A DNA stretch of 64,000 nucleotides from Candidatus Kapaibacterium sp. (GCA_963664875.1 OY761611.1:2016001-2080000); one strand, 5' to 3'. Positions 9,143-20,054 are shown, numbered from the stretch's first letter. A program made the numbers and translations. The notes: generated from the sequence alone by a model not told the origin.

Positions 9143-11038
9143 ATGAAAAAGTATATCATGTTGACTTTAATCATCTTATTCATCAACAGTTCTTTGTTGT
9201 TTTCTCAAGGATTTTCAGTTACTCCAGTATTCTTTGCCTGGGATTCTATTCACGATGAAGCTCCTATAAGCATTGTGTCGGGAGATGATGGAAACGCCGA
9301 TTTAGCTCCTCCATTTACATTTCAATATTTTGGAGAAAATGTTACAAATATTAATGTAACAACAAATGGCTATATCACTTTAACGACAGCCTCGGGAACA
9401 AGGGACCTAAATATTTGTCGTGCAGATTTAGAAGCTTTCGATTTTGCTGTAAGATATGTAGTTAGAGGTGTTAGCCCAAATAGAGTTTTAGTGATAGAGC
9501 ACACAGATTTAGACTATTTTAATAATATCAGCACTACAATGGATTTACAATGGATTTTTTACGAAAACAGTACAATCTTTACATTTGTATATAACCAAGT
9601 TGATTTTGTCAACAATAGTAATCTATCTATACAAAACGGAGTAGGTTCCACCTATTATCTAACTCCTACTTCGGGATGGGGACAACCGACTATTACAGAT
9701 TTCAATATTTTTGGACTAAATTCAACAACTGAATCTTATTTTTATGATGGTTGTGCATATACTTTTACACCAAGCTTAACCGTATCTGCAACAACGGTAG
9801 CTTCTGCAATAACCACCAATAGTGCTTCTTCAGGCGGCAATATATCTAATGGTGGGCTAACCCCTGTAACTGCTCGTGGTGTATGTTGGAACACTAGCGG
9901 AACTCCAACTACCGCTGACAGTAAAACTTTAGATGGCACTGGTACGGGGGTCTTTACAAGTATTCTATCTGGTCTTTCTTCAAATACCCAATATTTTGTC
10001 AGAGCTTATGGTACAAATACGGAAAGTACTGAGTATGGCCCTCAAATATCTTTTTATTCTTTAGCTAATGTTCCTACTGCCCCCACTGTAGATAATGCAA
10101 CTTCTACAACAGTAGATGTTGATGTAAATACTAATTCCAATCCTGCTATAACCACTTATGCTATCCAAGAGACATCCACAGGCAATTATCTGCAATCAAA
10201 TGGAACTCTCTCAGGCGTGGCAGTATGGCAAACAGATGCAATATGGGCTACCAAAACTGTTACCGGACTTTCGCAAGGGACTACATACACATTCCAGGTT
10301 AAAGCAAGAAACGGTAATAATACAGAAACTGTATTTGGAGCTACGAGTTCTATTATGACTTTGGGCGAGCCAATTCTTGACGCCACAACGGCAGCAAGTT
10401 CTATCTCAGAAGGCTCAGCAGTAAGTGGCGGTAATATAAGCAATGACTACGGATTAGGAGTAACTTCCCGAGGCGTCTGCTGGAATACAGGAGGTAATCC
10501 TACCACTGCTGATTCTAAAACTACAGATGGTACCGGAACAGGTGTTTTTATAAGTAATATTACAGGACTACAACCTAACACTACTTACTATGTTAGGGCT
10601 TATGCTACAAGTTCAGGCGGAACCGGGTACGGTGCGCAAATAAGCTTTACTACATTAGCCCTTTCTGTATCAATTACTAATGTGCTTAAAGTTAGTGATA
10701 CACAATATACTTTTACGAGCGACCTAACTAATCCAAATACGATAACAATTTTAGACAAAGGAATCGTTTGGAGTACCTCTCAAAATCCGACAACTACCTC
10801 AAATAGCGGTTCGGTATCTTCGGGAGCAGGGAGTGTACAGTTTACTGACGACGCGACCGGTTTATTGGTCGGACCTGGTTACTATGTTCGTGCTTACATC
10901 ACAACAGCAAACGGAACATTCTATTCTGAGCAGGTTCACTTTGGTGTAGTTCCTACATTGCCTGAATGGGGTTTGATAATCCTTGCCGGCGGATTTTTGG
11001 TAACAGGTGGATGGTTTATGTTTAGAAAGTTTATGTAG
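9143..11038 (+). CDS. Fibronectin type III-like repeat surface protein with IPTL-CTERM-like tail
   Basis: Signal peptide; repeated ARGVCWNT..PT..D...GL...T.Y.VRAY domains; same C-terminal tail. Confidence 0.85.
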   Translation: MKKYIMLTLIILFINSSLLFSQGFSVTPVFFAWDSIHDEAPISIVSGDDGNADLAPPFTFQYFGENVTNINVTTNGYITLTTASGTRDLNICRADLEAFDFAVRYVVRGVSPNRVLVIEHTDLDYFNNISTTMDLQWIFYENSTIFTFVYNQVDFVNNSNLSIQNGVGSTYYLTPTSGWGQPTITDFNIFGLNSTTESYFYDGCAYTFTPSLTVSATTVASAITTNSASSGGNISNGGLTPVTARGVCWNTSGTPTTADSKTLDGTGTGVFTSILSGLSSNTQYFVRAYGTNTESTEYGPQISFYSLANVPTAPTVDNATSTTVDVDVNTNSNPAITTYAIQETSTGNYLQSNGTLSGVAVWQTDAIWATKTVTGLSQGTTYTFQVKARNGNNTETVFGATSSIMTLGEPILDATTAASSISEGSAVSGGNISNDYGLGVTSRGVCWNTGGNPTTADSKTTDGTGTGVFISNITGLQPNTTYYVRAYATSSGGTGYGAQISFTTLALSVSITNVLKVSDTQYTFTSDLTNPNTITILDKGIVWSTSQNPTTTSNSGSVSSGAGSVQFTDDATGLLVGPGYYVRAYITTANGTFYSEQVHFGVVPTLPEWGLIILAGGFLVTGGWFMFRKFM

Positions 11039-11142
11039 ATTTTAAAAGTTTGAGAATTATTGATTATTGAGATACCGCCGGCATTTTTGCTTGCGGTATT
11101 TTTTGTTGCTTCTAAATAGTTGTAATATAATAGCTTACCAAT

Positions 11143-11164
11143 ATAGGTGAAATATGTGAGATAA
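11143..11164 (+). promoter_or_regulatory. Conserved 22-bp box, copy 3
   Basis: ATAGGTGAAATATGTGAGATAA. Confidence 0.75.
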
Positions 11165-11231
11165 GATTTTCCCAAAAAATTCGTTGATTAAGAAAGTGTT
11201 CAACTAAACAGCACAATTAAGGTGTATCAAA

Positions 11232-13226
11232 ATGAAACTTTATTTTCTACTTTTTACTCTATTTTTTCTAAGTTTGACTTCGACTCTTCAGTCACAATCT
11301 TGGGATCAACTAATCAAAATTTGTGCCTCAGACAGAGCTGCAAATGCAAGTTTTGGGACTTCGGTTTCAATCGACGGAGATTATGCTATCGTGGGTGTTC
11401 AAGGAGAGGATAGTGGAGGAAATGATGCAGGAGCTGCATACATTTTTAAGAAAAATGCAGGCACATGGACACAAATAAAAAAAATTGTAGCCTCTGATCC
11501 AACTGCTGCAGACAATTTTGGTCGTTCAGTATCTATTTCCGGTGATTATGCAATAGTGGGAGCTCCCTCCAATCAGTTTGATCCAGGAGGCAACAATCCA
11601 CTTAGTAATGCAGGTAGTGCATATATATTTTATAAAGATCAAGGCGGAGTAGATAATTGGGGACAAATTCAAAAAATTGTGGCACTTGACAGAGCACAAG
11701 GCGACAGTTTTGGTTCATCTGTGTCAATTTCAGGAAATTATTTAATTGTGGGTGCATACGCAGAAAGTCATGACGAAGCAGGTAGTAATTTCTTACATGC
11801 TGCCGGCAGTGCATATATTTTCTATAAAACCGGTGTAACCACCTGGGACTCGGGCATTAAAATTGTTGCTTCGGATAGAGTAGCCGATGCGTATTTTGGG
11901 AATTCAGTATCAATATACGGAGATTATGCCATTGTAGGAGCACCTTATGAAGACAAAGACGCAGCCGGCTTAAACAGCGTAAGTCGAGCTGGTGGGGCTT
12001 ACATTTTTTACAGAACCGGTACCAATTCGTGGACATCTCGATATAAAATTGTTGCAACGGACAGAGAGAGTGATGATAATTTTGGTATATCTGTTTCTAT
12101 TTCCGGAAATTATGCTATTGTTGGTGCTCCCGGGGAAGATCCAAGTGCAATCCAAAATGCAGGTAGTGCATACATATTTTATAGAACAGCTACTAATACA
12201 TGGGATTCCGGCACCAAGATTGTAGCACCTGATGCAGGAGGCAGCGATTTGTTTGGCCAAGCAGTAGCAATTTCGGGAAATTTTGCTGCTATCGGAGTCA
12301 GTTATGAAGACGAAAATCTTTTAGGTGGAAATACTTTAAACAATGCCGGAAGCGCATATATTTTCAAAAGGACAGGGACAACAACCTGGGATTCCGGTAC
12401 AAAAGCAATTACTACCGACAGAGCTTCCAATGATTGGTTTGGATACTCAGTGTCGATTTCCGGAAGCAATGTTATTTTAACTGCCCCTTATGATTCTGAA
12501 GATGCTTTAGGTGCCAATACTTTGTCAAGTTCAGGAAGTGCCTACATTTTTGGAGGATCTCCTTTAGTCTCTACTGTTTCAATAAGTAACATTACAAGCT
12601 CAACTGCAAGTTCTGGTGGAAATGTATCCGACGAAGGTTCTGCTGCTGTAATTGCTCGTGGCGTCTGCTTGAATACAGGAGGCAATCCTACTACCGCCGA
12701 TAGTAAAACTACAGATGGAATCGGTACAGGAGTGTTTTCCAGCAACATTACAGGACTTCAGCCCAACACTACTTACTATGTTAGAGCTTATGCCACAAAT
12801 AGTGTAGGGACATCTTACGGCGATCAAATAAGCTTTACTACTTTAGCTCTTTCAGTTTCAATTACTAATGTACTTAAAGTTAGTGATACACAATATACTT
12901 TTACGAGTGATATAAATAATCCCGGTGCAGTAGCAGTCCTCGACAAAGGTATCGTTTGGAGTACCTCTCAAAATCCGACAACTACCTCAAATAGCGGTTC
13001 GCTATCTTCGGGAGCAGGGAGTGTGCAGTTTACTGAAGACGCAACAGGGTTAATCATCGGGCCTGGTTACTATGTTCGTGCTTACATCACCACTCCAAAC
13101 GGAACATTCTATTCTGAGCAGGTTCACTTTGGTGTAGTTCCTACATTGCCTGAATGGGGGCTTATAATCCTTGCCGGCGGATTTTTAGTTACAGGAGGCT
13201 GGTTAATGTTTAGAAAGTTTATGTAG
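11232..13226 (+). CDS. FG-GAP beta-propeller + FN3-like surface protein with IPTL-CTERM-like tail
   Basis: Seven FGxSVSIxGxYAIVGA...AGSAYIF repeats; C-terminal ~190 aa nearly identical to the 9143 protein. Confidence 0.88.
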   Translation: MKLYFLLFTLFFLSLTSTLQSQSWDQLIKICASDRAANASFGTSVSIDGDYAIVGVQGEDSGGNDAGAAYIFKKNAGTWTQIKKIVASDPTAADNFGRSVSISGDYAIVGAPSNQFDPGGNNPLSNAGSAYIFYKDQGGVDNWGQIQKIVALDRAQGDSFGSSVSISGNYLIVGAYAESHDEAGSNFLHAAGSAYIFYKTGVTTWDSGIKIVASDRVADAYFGNSVSIYGDYAIVGAPYEDKDAAGLNSVSRAGGAYIFYRTGTNSWTSRYKIVATDRESDDNFGISVSISGNYAIVGAPGEDPSAIQNAGSAYIFYRTATNTWDSGTKIVAPDAGGSDLFGQAVAISGNFAAIGVSYEDENLLGGNTLNNAGSAYIFKRTGTTTWDSGTKAITTDRASNDWFGYSVSISGSNVILTAPYDSEDALGANTLSSSGSAYIFGGSPLVSTVSISNITSSTASSGGNVSDEGSAAVIARGVCLNTGGNPTTADSKTTDGIGTGVFSSNITGLQPNTTYYVRAYATNSVGTSYGDQISFTTLALSVSITNVLKVSDTQYTFTSDINNPGAVAVLDKGIVWSTSQNPTTTSNSGSLSSGAGSVQFTEDATGLIIGPGYYVRAYITTPNGTFYSEQVHFGVVPTLPEWGLIILAGGFLVTGGWLMFRKFM

Positions 13227-13256
13227 TTAGAGCCAATTGCATTCACTAAATAATAC

Positions 13257-13299
13257 AAATCCGCAATATACTTTTTATTAGTAACATTGCGGATTTTTT
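13257..13299. terminator. Intrinsic terminator between convergent genes
   Basis: AAATCCGCAAT...ATTGCGGATTTTTT. Confidence 0.65.
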
Positions 13300-13326
13300 A
13301 TATAGAAAAGAAATCGCTTACTCTTC

Positions 13327-14895
13327 CTATTCTTTACTGCCTTTGTCTTTTTTGAAATGGCTGAGAATGTCAACTCCGGTTGCATTTTCAAGCATTTCTG
13401 AAAGAGATACTACTGAGCCGGGCAACTGATTGACAAGTTTTTGAATTTGATTGCCGCTGCTGTCGCCGCCGTTGTCAACCATTGTGATTTTGTCAATAGT
13501 AATACCCTGAATAGTTGAAGTAAGTTTTTCAATGATTTCAGGCAACATTTTAAGCATGAGGATTTTATCCCCGCTACCGTCTGCTGTCTGATATGTTTCA
13601 ATCATACGTTTTAAGACTTCAATTTCAGCATTTCCGCTTTCGATGATTGAAGCAGCCTGACCTTTAGCATCAAGTTCTGCAGCTTCTTTACGAGCTTTTG
13701 CAGGTTCGATAACGTCAGCCATCAATCTTCTTTGTTGCAATTCGATTCTTTCTTTTTCGAGCTCTTGTTCGAATTTGGCTTTCGCCCTTTCGCCGGCAAC
13801 TCTTGCTTCCTGCTCGCGAACTATTGCTTCTTTTTCGAGTTCAGCTTTTTTCAATCTTAAATTGTTATTTTCAATTTCTACATTTTGATCTGCGAGTGCT
13901 CGATTTACTTTGATAATCTTATCCGCTTCGATCTGAGCAGATTCGATATTGCGTTTAGCTTCTGCCTGAGCCTGCTCGTAGCGAGCTTTTGCCTGAGCTT
14001 CGGCTTCGCGTGCTTCAGCTTCTTTCAATGCTTTGGAAATAAGCACATTCTGCTCAGCTTCCACTTTTGCCTTTTCGGCTCTTTCTTTTGCTCTTGCCTC
14101 TGCCTCCTGAGTGGCAGCTGCTTTGTTGGCTTCAGAGATAGCAATTTGCTGGTCAGTTTCGATTCTCGCCTGTTCTATATTTTGGCGGGCAAGTGCTTTT
14201 GCTTTTTCAGCTCTTTCGAGAGCGGTAGCTTCTGCTTCCTGAGCTTCAGCATTTTTTTCAGCTTCAGCCTTTTTAGCTCTTGCAATAACTTCAGCAGTCT
14301 TGCCACGGCCAATAGAATTTAGATAGCCGGATTCGTCGCTAATATTAGTAATTTTTAGAGTATCGAGCTGAAGACCGAGTTTTTGCAAATCTATATCTGC
14401 TTCTTCCATCAGCGTATCAGCAAATTTCAATCTGTCTTCGTTTACCTCTTCAGGTGTAAGAGCTGCCAATACACCACGCAAGTTACCTTCAAGAGTTTCT
14501 TTTGCTATAGCGTGGATATCTGATTCGCTCATTGTCAAAAATCTTTCAACTGCATTGCCAAATTCAGGCTCTTTAGAGCAGATTTTAGTATTGGCAATAG
14601 CATCAATTATTAGAGGGATACCGCCTTTTGAATATGCATTGCTGACAGAAAGCTCGATTGGAATAGTTTCCAAGGACATACGAGATGCTTTTTCCAAAAA
14701 CGGAATACGTAAAGCTCTGCCACCTTTGATAATTCGGTATCCAACTAAGCTGCCGTCCGGCAAAGTCCTTTTCCTACCGGACAAGATTATCACCTCGTTG
14801 GGCTGAGAAATTAAGAGCAACCTACTGATCGCAAAAAATACAACTACAAGTGCAAATGCACCTAGTGCAACTATGGTAAGAACAAACTCACCCAT
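13327..14895 (-). CDS. Flotillin/SPFH domain protein
   Basis: N-terminal TM, PNEVIILSG, ETLEGNLRGVLAALTPEE, long AEA-rich coiled coil. Confidence 0.92.
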   Translation of the reverse strand: MGEFVLTIVALGAFALVVVFFAISRLLLISQPNEVIILSGRKRTLPDGSLVGYRIIKGGRALRIPFLEKASRMSLETIPIELSVSNAYSKGGIPLIIDAIANTKICSKEPEFGNAVERFLTMSESDIHAIAKETLEGNLRGVLAALTPEEVNEDRLKFADTLMEEADIDLQKLGLQLDTLKITNISDESGYLNSIGRGKTAEVIARAKKAEAEKNAEAQEAEATALERAEKAKALARQNIEQARIETDQQIAISEANKAAATQEAEARAKERAEKAKVEAEQNVLISKALKEAEAREAEAQAKARYEQAQAEAKRNIESAQIEADKIIKVNRALADQNVEIENNNLRLKKAELEKEAIVREQEARVAGERAKAKFEQELEKERIELQQRRLMADVIEPAKARKEAAELDAKGQAASIIESGNAEIEVLKRMIETYQTADGSGDKILMLKMLPEIIEKLTSTIQGITIDKITMVDNGGDSSGNQIQKLVNQLPGSVVSLSEMLENATGVDILSHFKKDKGSKE

Positions 14896-14906
14896 TGATA
14901 AATCTC

Positions 14907-15548
14907 CTAAATTTGTTGTTGACTGACTATGAAATAAATACCGTTGCTATAATCGATTATAAAAACTTCCTCTCCCCTGTCATATGAGTCTGATTCGGAA
15001 GTATCAGATACTTTTACCATGAGTTCATGGATTTCGTTATTTGATTTGACAATAATTTTCCCAATTTTGTCTTTCTTTGCAGGTATGGTTACTTTGCCGC
15101 TTCTGCCGATAAAATTGCTGCTATTCAGGGCTTCGCCACTCTCAGAATCTTTGAGATAGCTCATCAGCTTGTGCCCCGCAGCCCAGGACAAAGTTCCAAT
15201 CCCTAAGGCAGATGCTAATGTTACTATGAAAGGCATAGCCATCAAAGTCAAAATAGTACCTGTAAGTCCATAAAAAGTTGAGAAGTAAATCACATTCCTG
15301 AAACTAAGAAATTTCACGGCATCAGTCGGATGAATTATATCTTTCGATATTTCTGAATGGGACATATCAATATGATCCACAGAAGCATCTGCAGTCAAAT
15401 CAAAATCCGAGTGTGTGTCTAAAGAATGTAAGTCTGCGTGGCCGCTGTCCAAAGCGTCCGTTCCGTCGATATCTCCGCCTCCGGAAAGCAAAGATACTCC
15501 CAGCAAAATGCCCCCAAAAAGAAGACAAGCCAGATAAAAGATAAGCAT
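14907..15548 (-). CDS. NfeD-like (YuaF-type) flotillin partner
   Basis: TMs, Asp/His-rich linker, C-terminal OB-like IGRSGKVTIP; immediately upstream of flotillin. Confidence 0.8.
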   Translation of the reverse strand: MLIFYLACLLFGGILLGVSLLSGGGDIDGTDALDSGHADLHSLDTHSDFDLTADASVDHIDMSHSEISKDIIHPTDAVKFLSFRNVIYFSTFYGLTGTILTLMAMPFIVTLASALGIGTLSWAAGHKLMSYLKDSESGEALNSSNFIGRSGKVTIPAKKDKIGKIIVKSNNEIHELMVKVSDTSESDSYDRGEEVFIIDYSNGIYFIVSQQQI

Positions 15549-15807
15549 AATTACTCCTGTTCAGTTGGAGTCAATAGTAAAGTGTAGTTTTTTTGATATG
15601 CCTCAAGATAATATAAATCGTTTTAATAATTGATAGTTTTTTCAGAAATATATCTACTTGAATAATAATACGCCACCCGAAATAAAAGGTTGCGAAAAAT
15701 CGACGCCAAAATATTTTTATCCCGTGTAGAATCTTACATCATATTAAAATTTATTTTTCTATATTTGTATATTGTATATTTAAACACCAAAATATAAGAG
15801 GTAAATA

Positions 15808-16476
15808 ATGTTTAATAACTTCGCAAAATTGAAATCTTTGCTTTTAATTGCATGCCTAAGTGTAATTTTTGTAGCTTGTGGAGACGATGATACTGCAACA
15901 AGTCCATCTACTCCTAAAATCACTTTAGATTTACCAACAGACTTGGAAGGCTCTACTTTTTCTGGGGCTGTGCCTATACTTTATAATGAAAAGTATAAGG
16001 ATCTTGATTTAAGCTCAGTTAGTGCTTATCTTGGAAATTTCCATCAGGATAACTACATCGCTCCTGCTAATTTAATCCAAAACGCTTCGGGTAGCTGTTT
16101 AAGCTTTACTTTGCCTGCAAGAATTAGCACTACTAAACGCTTCGTTGCCTATAAAAATCTAAATTATAACAATCTTGATTGCAACCCTGAAAATCTTGGA
16201 AGAACTACATCTAAAGTAAGATTCTTCTCTACTACTAATGGTAAAAAACAATACGAACTTATGATTGGTACTCCTTCAATTACTAATCCTGAAGTTCTTA
16301 CTAAAGAATATCATTTGTACTTCTGGAGCGATTACGGCACAGCTACTGGTACAGAAACTCCGTACAAAGTTAGCTATGCTGTAGATAAAGGATGGAATAT
16401 TACTGAAAAGGACGGTAATAATTTAACTACTGTCGCAGGCTTCCAAGGCGAAGTAATGTTTACTATAATTCCATAA
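15808..16476 (+). CDS. Hypothetical lipoprotein
   Basis: Lipobox-like FVAC-GDDD; RBS AGAGG. Confidence 0.7.
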   Translation: MFNNFAKLKSLLLIACLSVIFVACGDDDTATSPSTPKITLDLPTDLEGSTFSGAVPILYNEKYKDLDLSSVSAYLGNFHQDNYIAPANLIQNASGSCLSFTLPARISTTKRFVAYKNLNYNNLDCNPENLGRTTSKVRFFSTTNGKKQYELMIGTPSITNPEVLTKEYHLYFWSDYGTATGTETPYKVSYAVDKGWNITEKDGNNLTTVAGFQGEVMFTIIP

Positions 16477-16542
16477 GCACAATAAAATTTACATTTTCGG
16501 GCTAATATCTTCAAGGGTATTAGCTTTTTTTATGTGCATTCT

Positions 16543-16630
16543 TGAGCCTGCACTGCGATACTTTGACAGGCTCAGTACATTGCTCGCTGCTCTCGCTGTT
16601 GTCGAGCGAATAAGGAAGTCGAGATGCAGT
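16543..16630. repeat. Degenerate REP-like palindromes (TTCGACAGGCTCAG family)
   Basis: TGAGCCTG...CTTTGACAGGCTCAG; related to 60249-60272. Confidence 0.45.
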
Positions 16631-16875
16631 GACCTTGTTTTAAATCAGTAGGAGGCTGTCTTATAAGTCTTTTCTTCGATTTTACAATCTAAATTCAAGT
16701 AATAAATGCAACACTTATTTGAGACGTTATAGAAGAAAAGCATAAATTTTTCAATACAGGAAAGCAGAAAAAATCTGCCTCCCGTGTTTTGATTGCCCCC
16801 TCTCAAAAAACAAGGCTCCTCATTACTGAGAAGCCTTGCTTTTTATTATATCATATAATCGATGTCGAAGTTAAT

Positions 16876-19338
16876 CTATTCTTTATCTTCTTTTTTTCTG
16901 CCTCTGAAATGGAGGAAGATGCCACCAAGAAGTGCAAGTATGGTCAGACCATTTGTTGCCATACTTATAGTTTTGCCGGTTTCGTACGAGTCGGAGTGGT
17001 ATTTGAATTCCACTTTGTGCTGACCCGCAGGTACTACAATAGATCGGAAAGCAAAGTTAGTTTTATAGATTTCTGTTTCTTTGCCATCTATATATGCTTT
17101 CCACGCAACGGGATAGTAAATTTCAGATAAAAGCAGAAGGTTGTTACCTGTTGCATTTACATTTAGTTCAATGAGTTCGTTTTCGTATTTAGTAACTTCA
17201 GCTTTTGCTGATTCGCCCGCAGGGTCGATATTTAGACCTTTGTCTTCTTCCATGTATGCAACCTGCTTCGGATCGAAAGATCCTGTTTTTAGTTTTTCTA
17301 AGATTGCTTTAGCGTCTGCTATTTCTACAGAATTGACAAACTCAGCACGTTTCAGCATATTCGGATTTTGGAATACATAAGCACCTGATTGTTGCGACTG
17401 CATCACAGGAGGCAAGCCTACGTTCTGACCTGCAATAATATATTTCACATTAAGAAGATTCCAAAGGAATGGATTTGTTACATAAGAAGTTGAAGCTCTG
17501 TCTGCATTGTCGAGCATATCCTGATATACTCTTAGTTTTGCTGAGTGGTAGCCACCAACATTTTGTAGCCCGAAATAAGCAGGAATATTAGCCTGACGAG
17601 TAAAATCAGTAATACGGAATAAATCTTTGTCTTGTTTTAAAAATGCTTCGATATCACTTTCCTTGAAGTATTCCTTGCTCATGTCATATTTAGATACTTC
17701 CATTGGACGGTAAGCAATTCGCCACATATCAAAAACTGAAAGCACGACAAGCACTACCACGAGTCCTGCATATTTAAGTTTATTAGCACGGAAAGCCCAG
17801 AAAAGCCCCCCGGCAACAGCAAGAATAGCTACATTGATAAACCAGTCGCTTATCATTATACTCCATAATTCTTTTTGCAGAGGCATGTGCTGTAGCTTTT
17901 CGCCAACTGAGGCGATGTAGTCATCTTTAAATGCTGCAGCCCAGATAGCTCCAAGCAAAGCAAACCCACCAACTCCATAGAAGAAAAATTTAAGATATTT
18001 GCTAACTTTTTCTTCGTTGCTGATAAGTGAATTGATGCCGTAACCTGCAAGTATCGGGAAAGTAAAGTGCATCATAGCCAAAGACATTGAAGGAGCACGA
18101 AACTTATTGAACATTGGCACATAGTAGTAAAAGAAGTCAAAAAGAATCGGCAAATTATCGCCGAATGATAACAGCAATCCTATCATTGCAATAGTCATCA
18201 TTGCCTGGACAAAAATATCTTTTCTGTTATATATGAACCCTACAATAGCCAGAGCAAAAACAATAATACCCATATAAGGAGGGGAATCTTCTATTTCTTT
18301 TTGTCCCCAATAAGTAACAATTTTATCCGGGATACCCTGCTGAGTCGGCAAGCGAAGAGTGTTGTCAGTTTTGCCGAAACCGTAGTAACTTGGCACTGCA
18401 AAAGTCAAACATTCAGAAGGTGTGTATGAAAACATTGTTGCATATTCATAGTCATGCCCACCGTTTTCAGTTACATGTGCATCTTGTTTGACAAGAGGAG
18501 CAGACCCGCGAGTGGAATAAGGCATATATTCCTGTGTGCTGAAAAATCTATCTGAAGACATCAGATAGGACAAACCACCTGCCAATGCCAAAAGTCCAGC
18601 CACATAAACTACATTCAGTGCTTTATCTTTTCTGATAAGACGAGAAACGAACTCAAATATCAGATATATACCAAAAGACAAGATACCGTAAAAAATCATC
18701 TGATAGTGAGCACCTTCGAGCATGATATGTACCACTACTATCAGCAGAGCAGCATGCAGCAGTGTGATTTTCTCACGGAGCCGTTCCATCAGCATAAATA
18801 TATAAGGGAACATAGCTATCACCATTGGTTTGGTGTTGTGCCCTATCATTATCCAAGTAATAACATAAGTAGAAAACACTGCTGCAAATGCAGTAATAAA
18901 TGAAGCAAGTCTATCCTGCTTTTTACTCCTCATAAGCAGATACATACCAACAGCATACACTGCATAGAAAGAAGCTACGCGAGCGGCATCGCTGGAGAAT
19001 ATATTACCCACAAACTCAGTAAGAGCGAAGAAAAGATGCGGTATAAGGTCATAAGCCCTTGAGCCGGTAGTAAGCAAAGAAGCAAAACTTGGCATGCCAC
19101 TAAAAATATATGGAATCCATTGCGGGAATTCCCCTTTAGAATTTGCTTTTTCGAGAAAGGGTTTGAAACTTTCGGATGCAACGTTGTCAGAAGCGTTGAA
19201 ACCACCGGACATTATTGCATTGCCGAAAAAGATATAAATCAGCAGCACCAGTAGCCCTGCAAAAAAGACATCCTGGTACTTTTCAGGAATGAAGAACTTC
19301 CTGTCATTCGGGTTAAAATTGCTCATAGCTATTCCCAA
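16876..19338 (-). CDS. YfhO family membrane glycosyltransferase (GT-C)
   Basis: PQWIPYIFSGMP, NKFRAPS, GYHSAKL, LLSEIYYP.AWKAYIDG, VPAGQHKVEF. Confidence 0.88.
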   Translation of the reverse strand: MGIAMSNFNPNDRKFFIPEKYQDVFFAGLLVLLIYIFFGNAIMSGGFNASDNVASESFKPFLEKANSKGEFPQWIPYIFSGMPSFASLLTTGSRAYDLIPHLFFALTEFVGNIFSSDAARVASFYAVYAVGMYLLMRSKKQDRLASFITAFAAVFSTYVITWIMIGHNTKPMVIAMFPYIFMLMERLREKITLLHAALLIVVVHIMLEGAHYQMIFYGILSFGIYLIFEFVSRLIRKDKALNVVYVAGLLALAGGLSYLMSSDRFFSTQEYMPYSTRGSAPLVKQDAHVTENGGHDYEYATMFSYTPSECLTFAVPSYYGFGKTDNTLRLPTQQGIPDKIVTYWGQKEIEDSPPYMGIIVFALAIVGFIYNRKDIFVQAMMTIAMIGLLLSFGDNLPILFDFFYYYVPMFNKFRAPSMSLAMMHFTFPILAGYGINSLISNEEKVSKYLKFFFYGVGGFALLGAIWAAAFKDDYIASVGEKLQHMPLQKELWSIMISDWFINVAILAVAGGLFWAFRANKLKYAGLVVVLVVLSVFDMWRIAYRPMEVSKYDMSKEYFKESDIEAFLKQDKDLFRITDFTRQANIPAYFGLQNVGGYHSAKLRVYQDMLDNADRASTSYVTNPFLWNLLNVKYIIAGQNVGLPPVMQSQQSGAYVFQNPNMLKRAEFVNSVEIADAKAILEKLKTGSFDPKQVAYMEEDKGLNIDPAGESAKAEVTKYENELIELNVNATGNNLLLLSEIYYPVAWKAYIDGKETEIYKTNFAFRSIVVPAGQHKVEFKYHSDSYETGKTISMATNGLTILALLGGIFLHFRGRKKEDKE

Positions 19339-19436
19339 TATTACTATTTAGAAACTATTATTTTTCCAATTTTTCAAGTTAACAATAAAAAAGCAAAAAT
19401 CTAACTCTAAATGTGCTATTGCAGGTGCAAATAGAT

Positions 19437-20054
19437 TTATTCCCAAACATACACAGTAGCTACAATAGCATCTCCCGAGCTATAGAGAGTAATTTCATCT
19501 GATGCAAGGTCTGTGCAGGCAAGGAAGTCTCCTTCATCGAGTTCGACAAGTGTGGAATTGATGCGAATGGAAACAGCACCACTATATGAATAAAAGAATG
19601 TCTTATTTATTTCTGCTCTTGGAATAAATTTGACTGAATTGTCTCTGCTTATCAGCCAATACGACATTTCTGCTTCTGTAGTACCTATGGTCATTAGATT
19701 GAAATCAATACACTTACCAATAGATTTTGTATTCACTCCGCCGGAAAACCTATGAATCTGTAGTGGGGCTAAATCGATAGGATTTTTACCATCATGTATC
19801 AATTTGATATTTCCGACTAAAGTCATAATCTGCCTATCTACACCCTCGAGTGGAGTAAAATCTGACTCTTCAAGTTCTACAGTTGCTGTGCTTATCCTAA
19901 ATTCAAAAGTTTTTTCTTTATAATCAGCATTTTCCGGGAATATGTATAACTGAGTTGTCGTGCCGCCAGCCCAAGTGCTTTTTTTCAATTCATTTTTTTT
20001 AAACAAGCGATATTGCATTTGATTTTTTTCCTTATTACAAAACGGATTGTGCAA
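19437..20054 (-). CDS. HutD family protein
   Basis: WAGGTTTQL, FRISTATV, FTPLEGVDR, DFNLM; true start may be ~12 codons downstream. Confidence 0.82.
   Translation of the reverse strand: MHNPFCNKEKNQMQYRLFKKNELKKSTWAGGTTTQLYIFPENADYKEKTFEFRISTATVELEESDFTPLEGVDRQIMTLVGNIKLIHDGKNPIDLAPLQIHRFSGGVNTKSIGKCIDFNLMTIGTTEAEMSYWLISRDNSVKFIPRAEINKTFFYSYSGAVSIRINSTLVELDEGDFLACTDLASDEITLYSSGDAIVATVYVWE

Noticed and set aside
11330-12550. Recurrent GCAGGTAGTGCATATATTTT-like DNA repeats
   Set aside because: Explained by FG-GAP propeller blades within one CDS
13680-14300. Low-complexity GCTTC/GCTTT repeats and antisense ORF 13885-14322
   Set aside because: Flotillin Ala/Glu/Lys coiled coil
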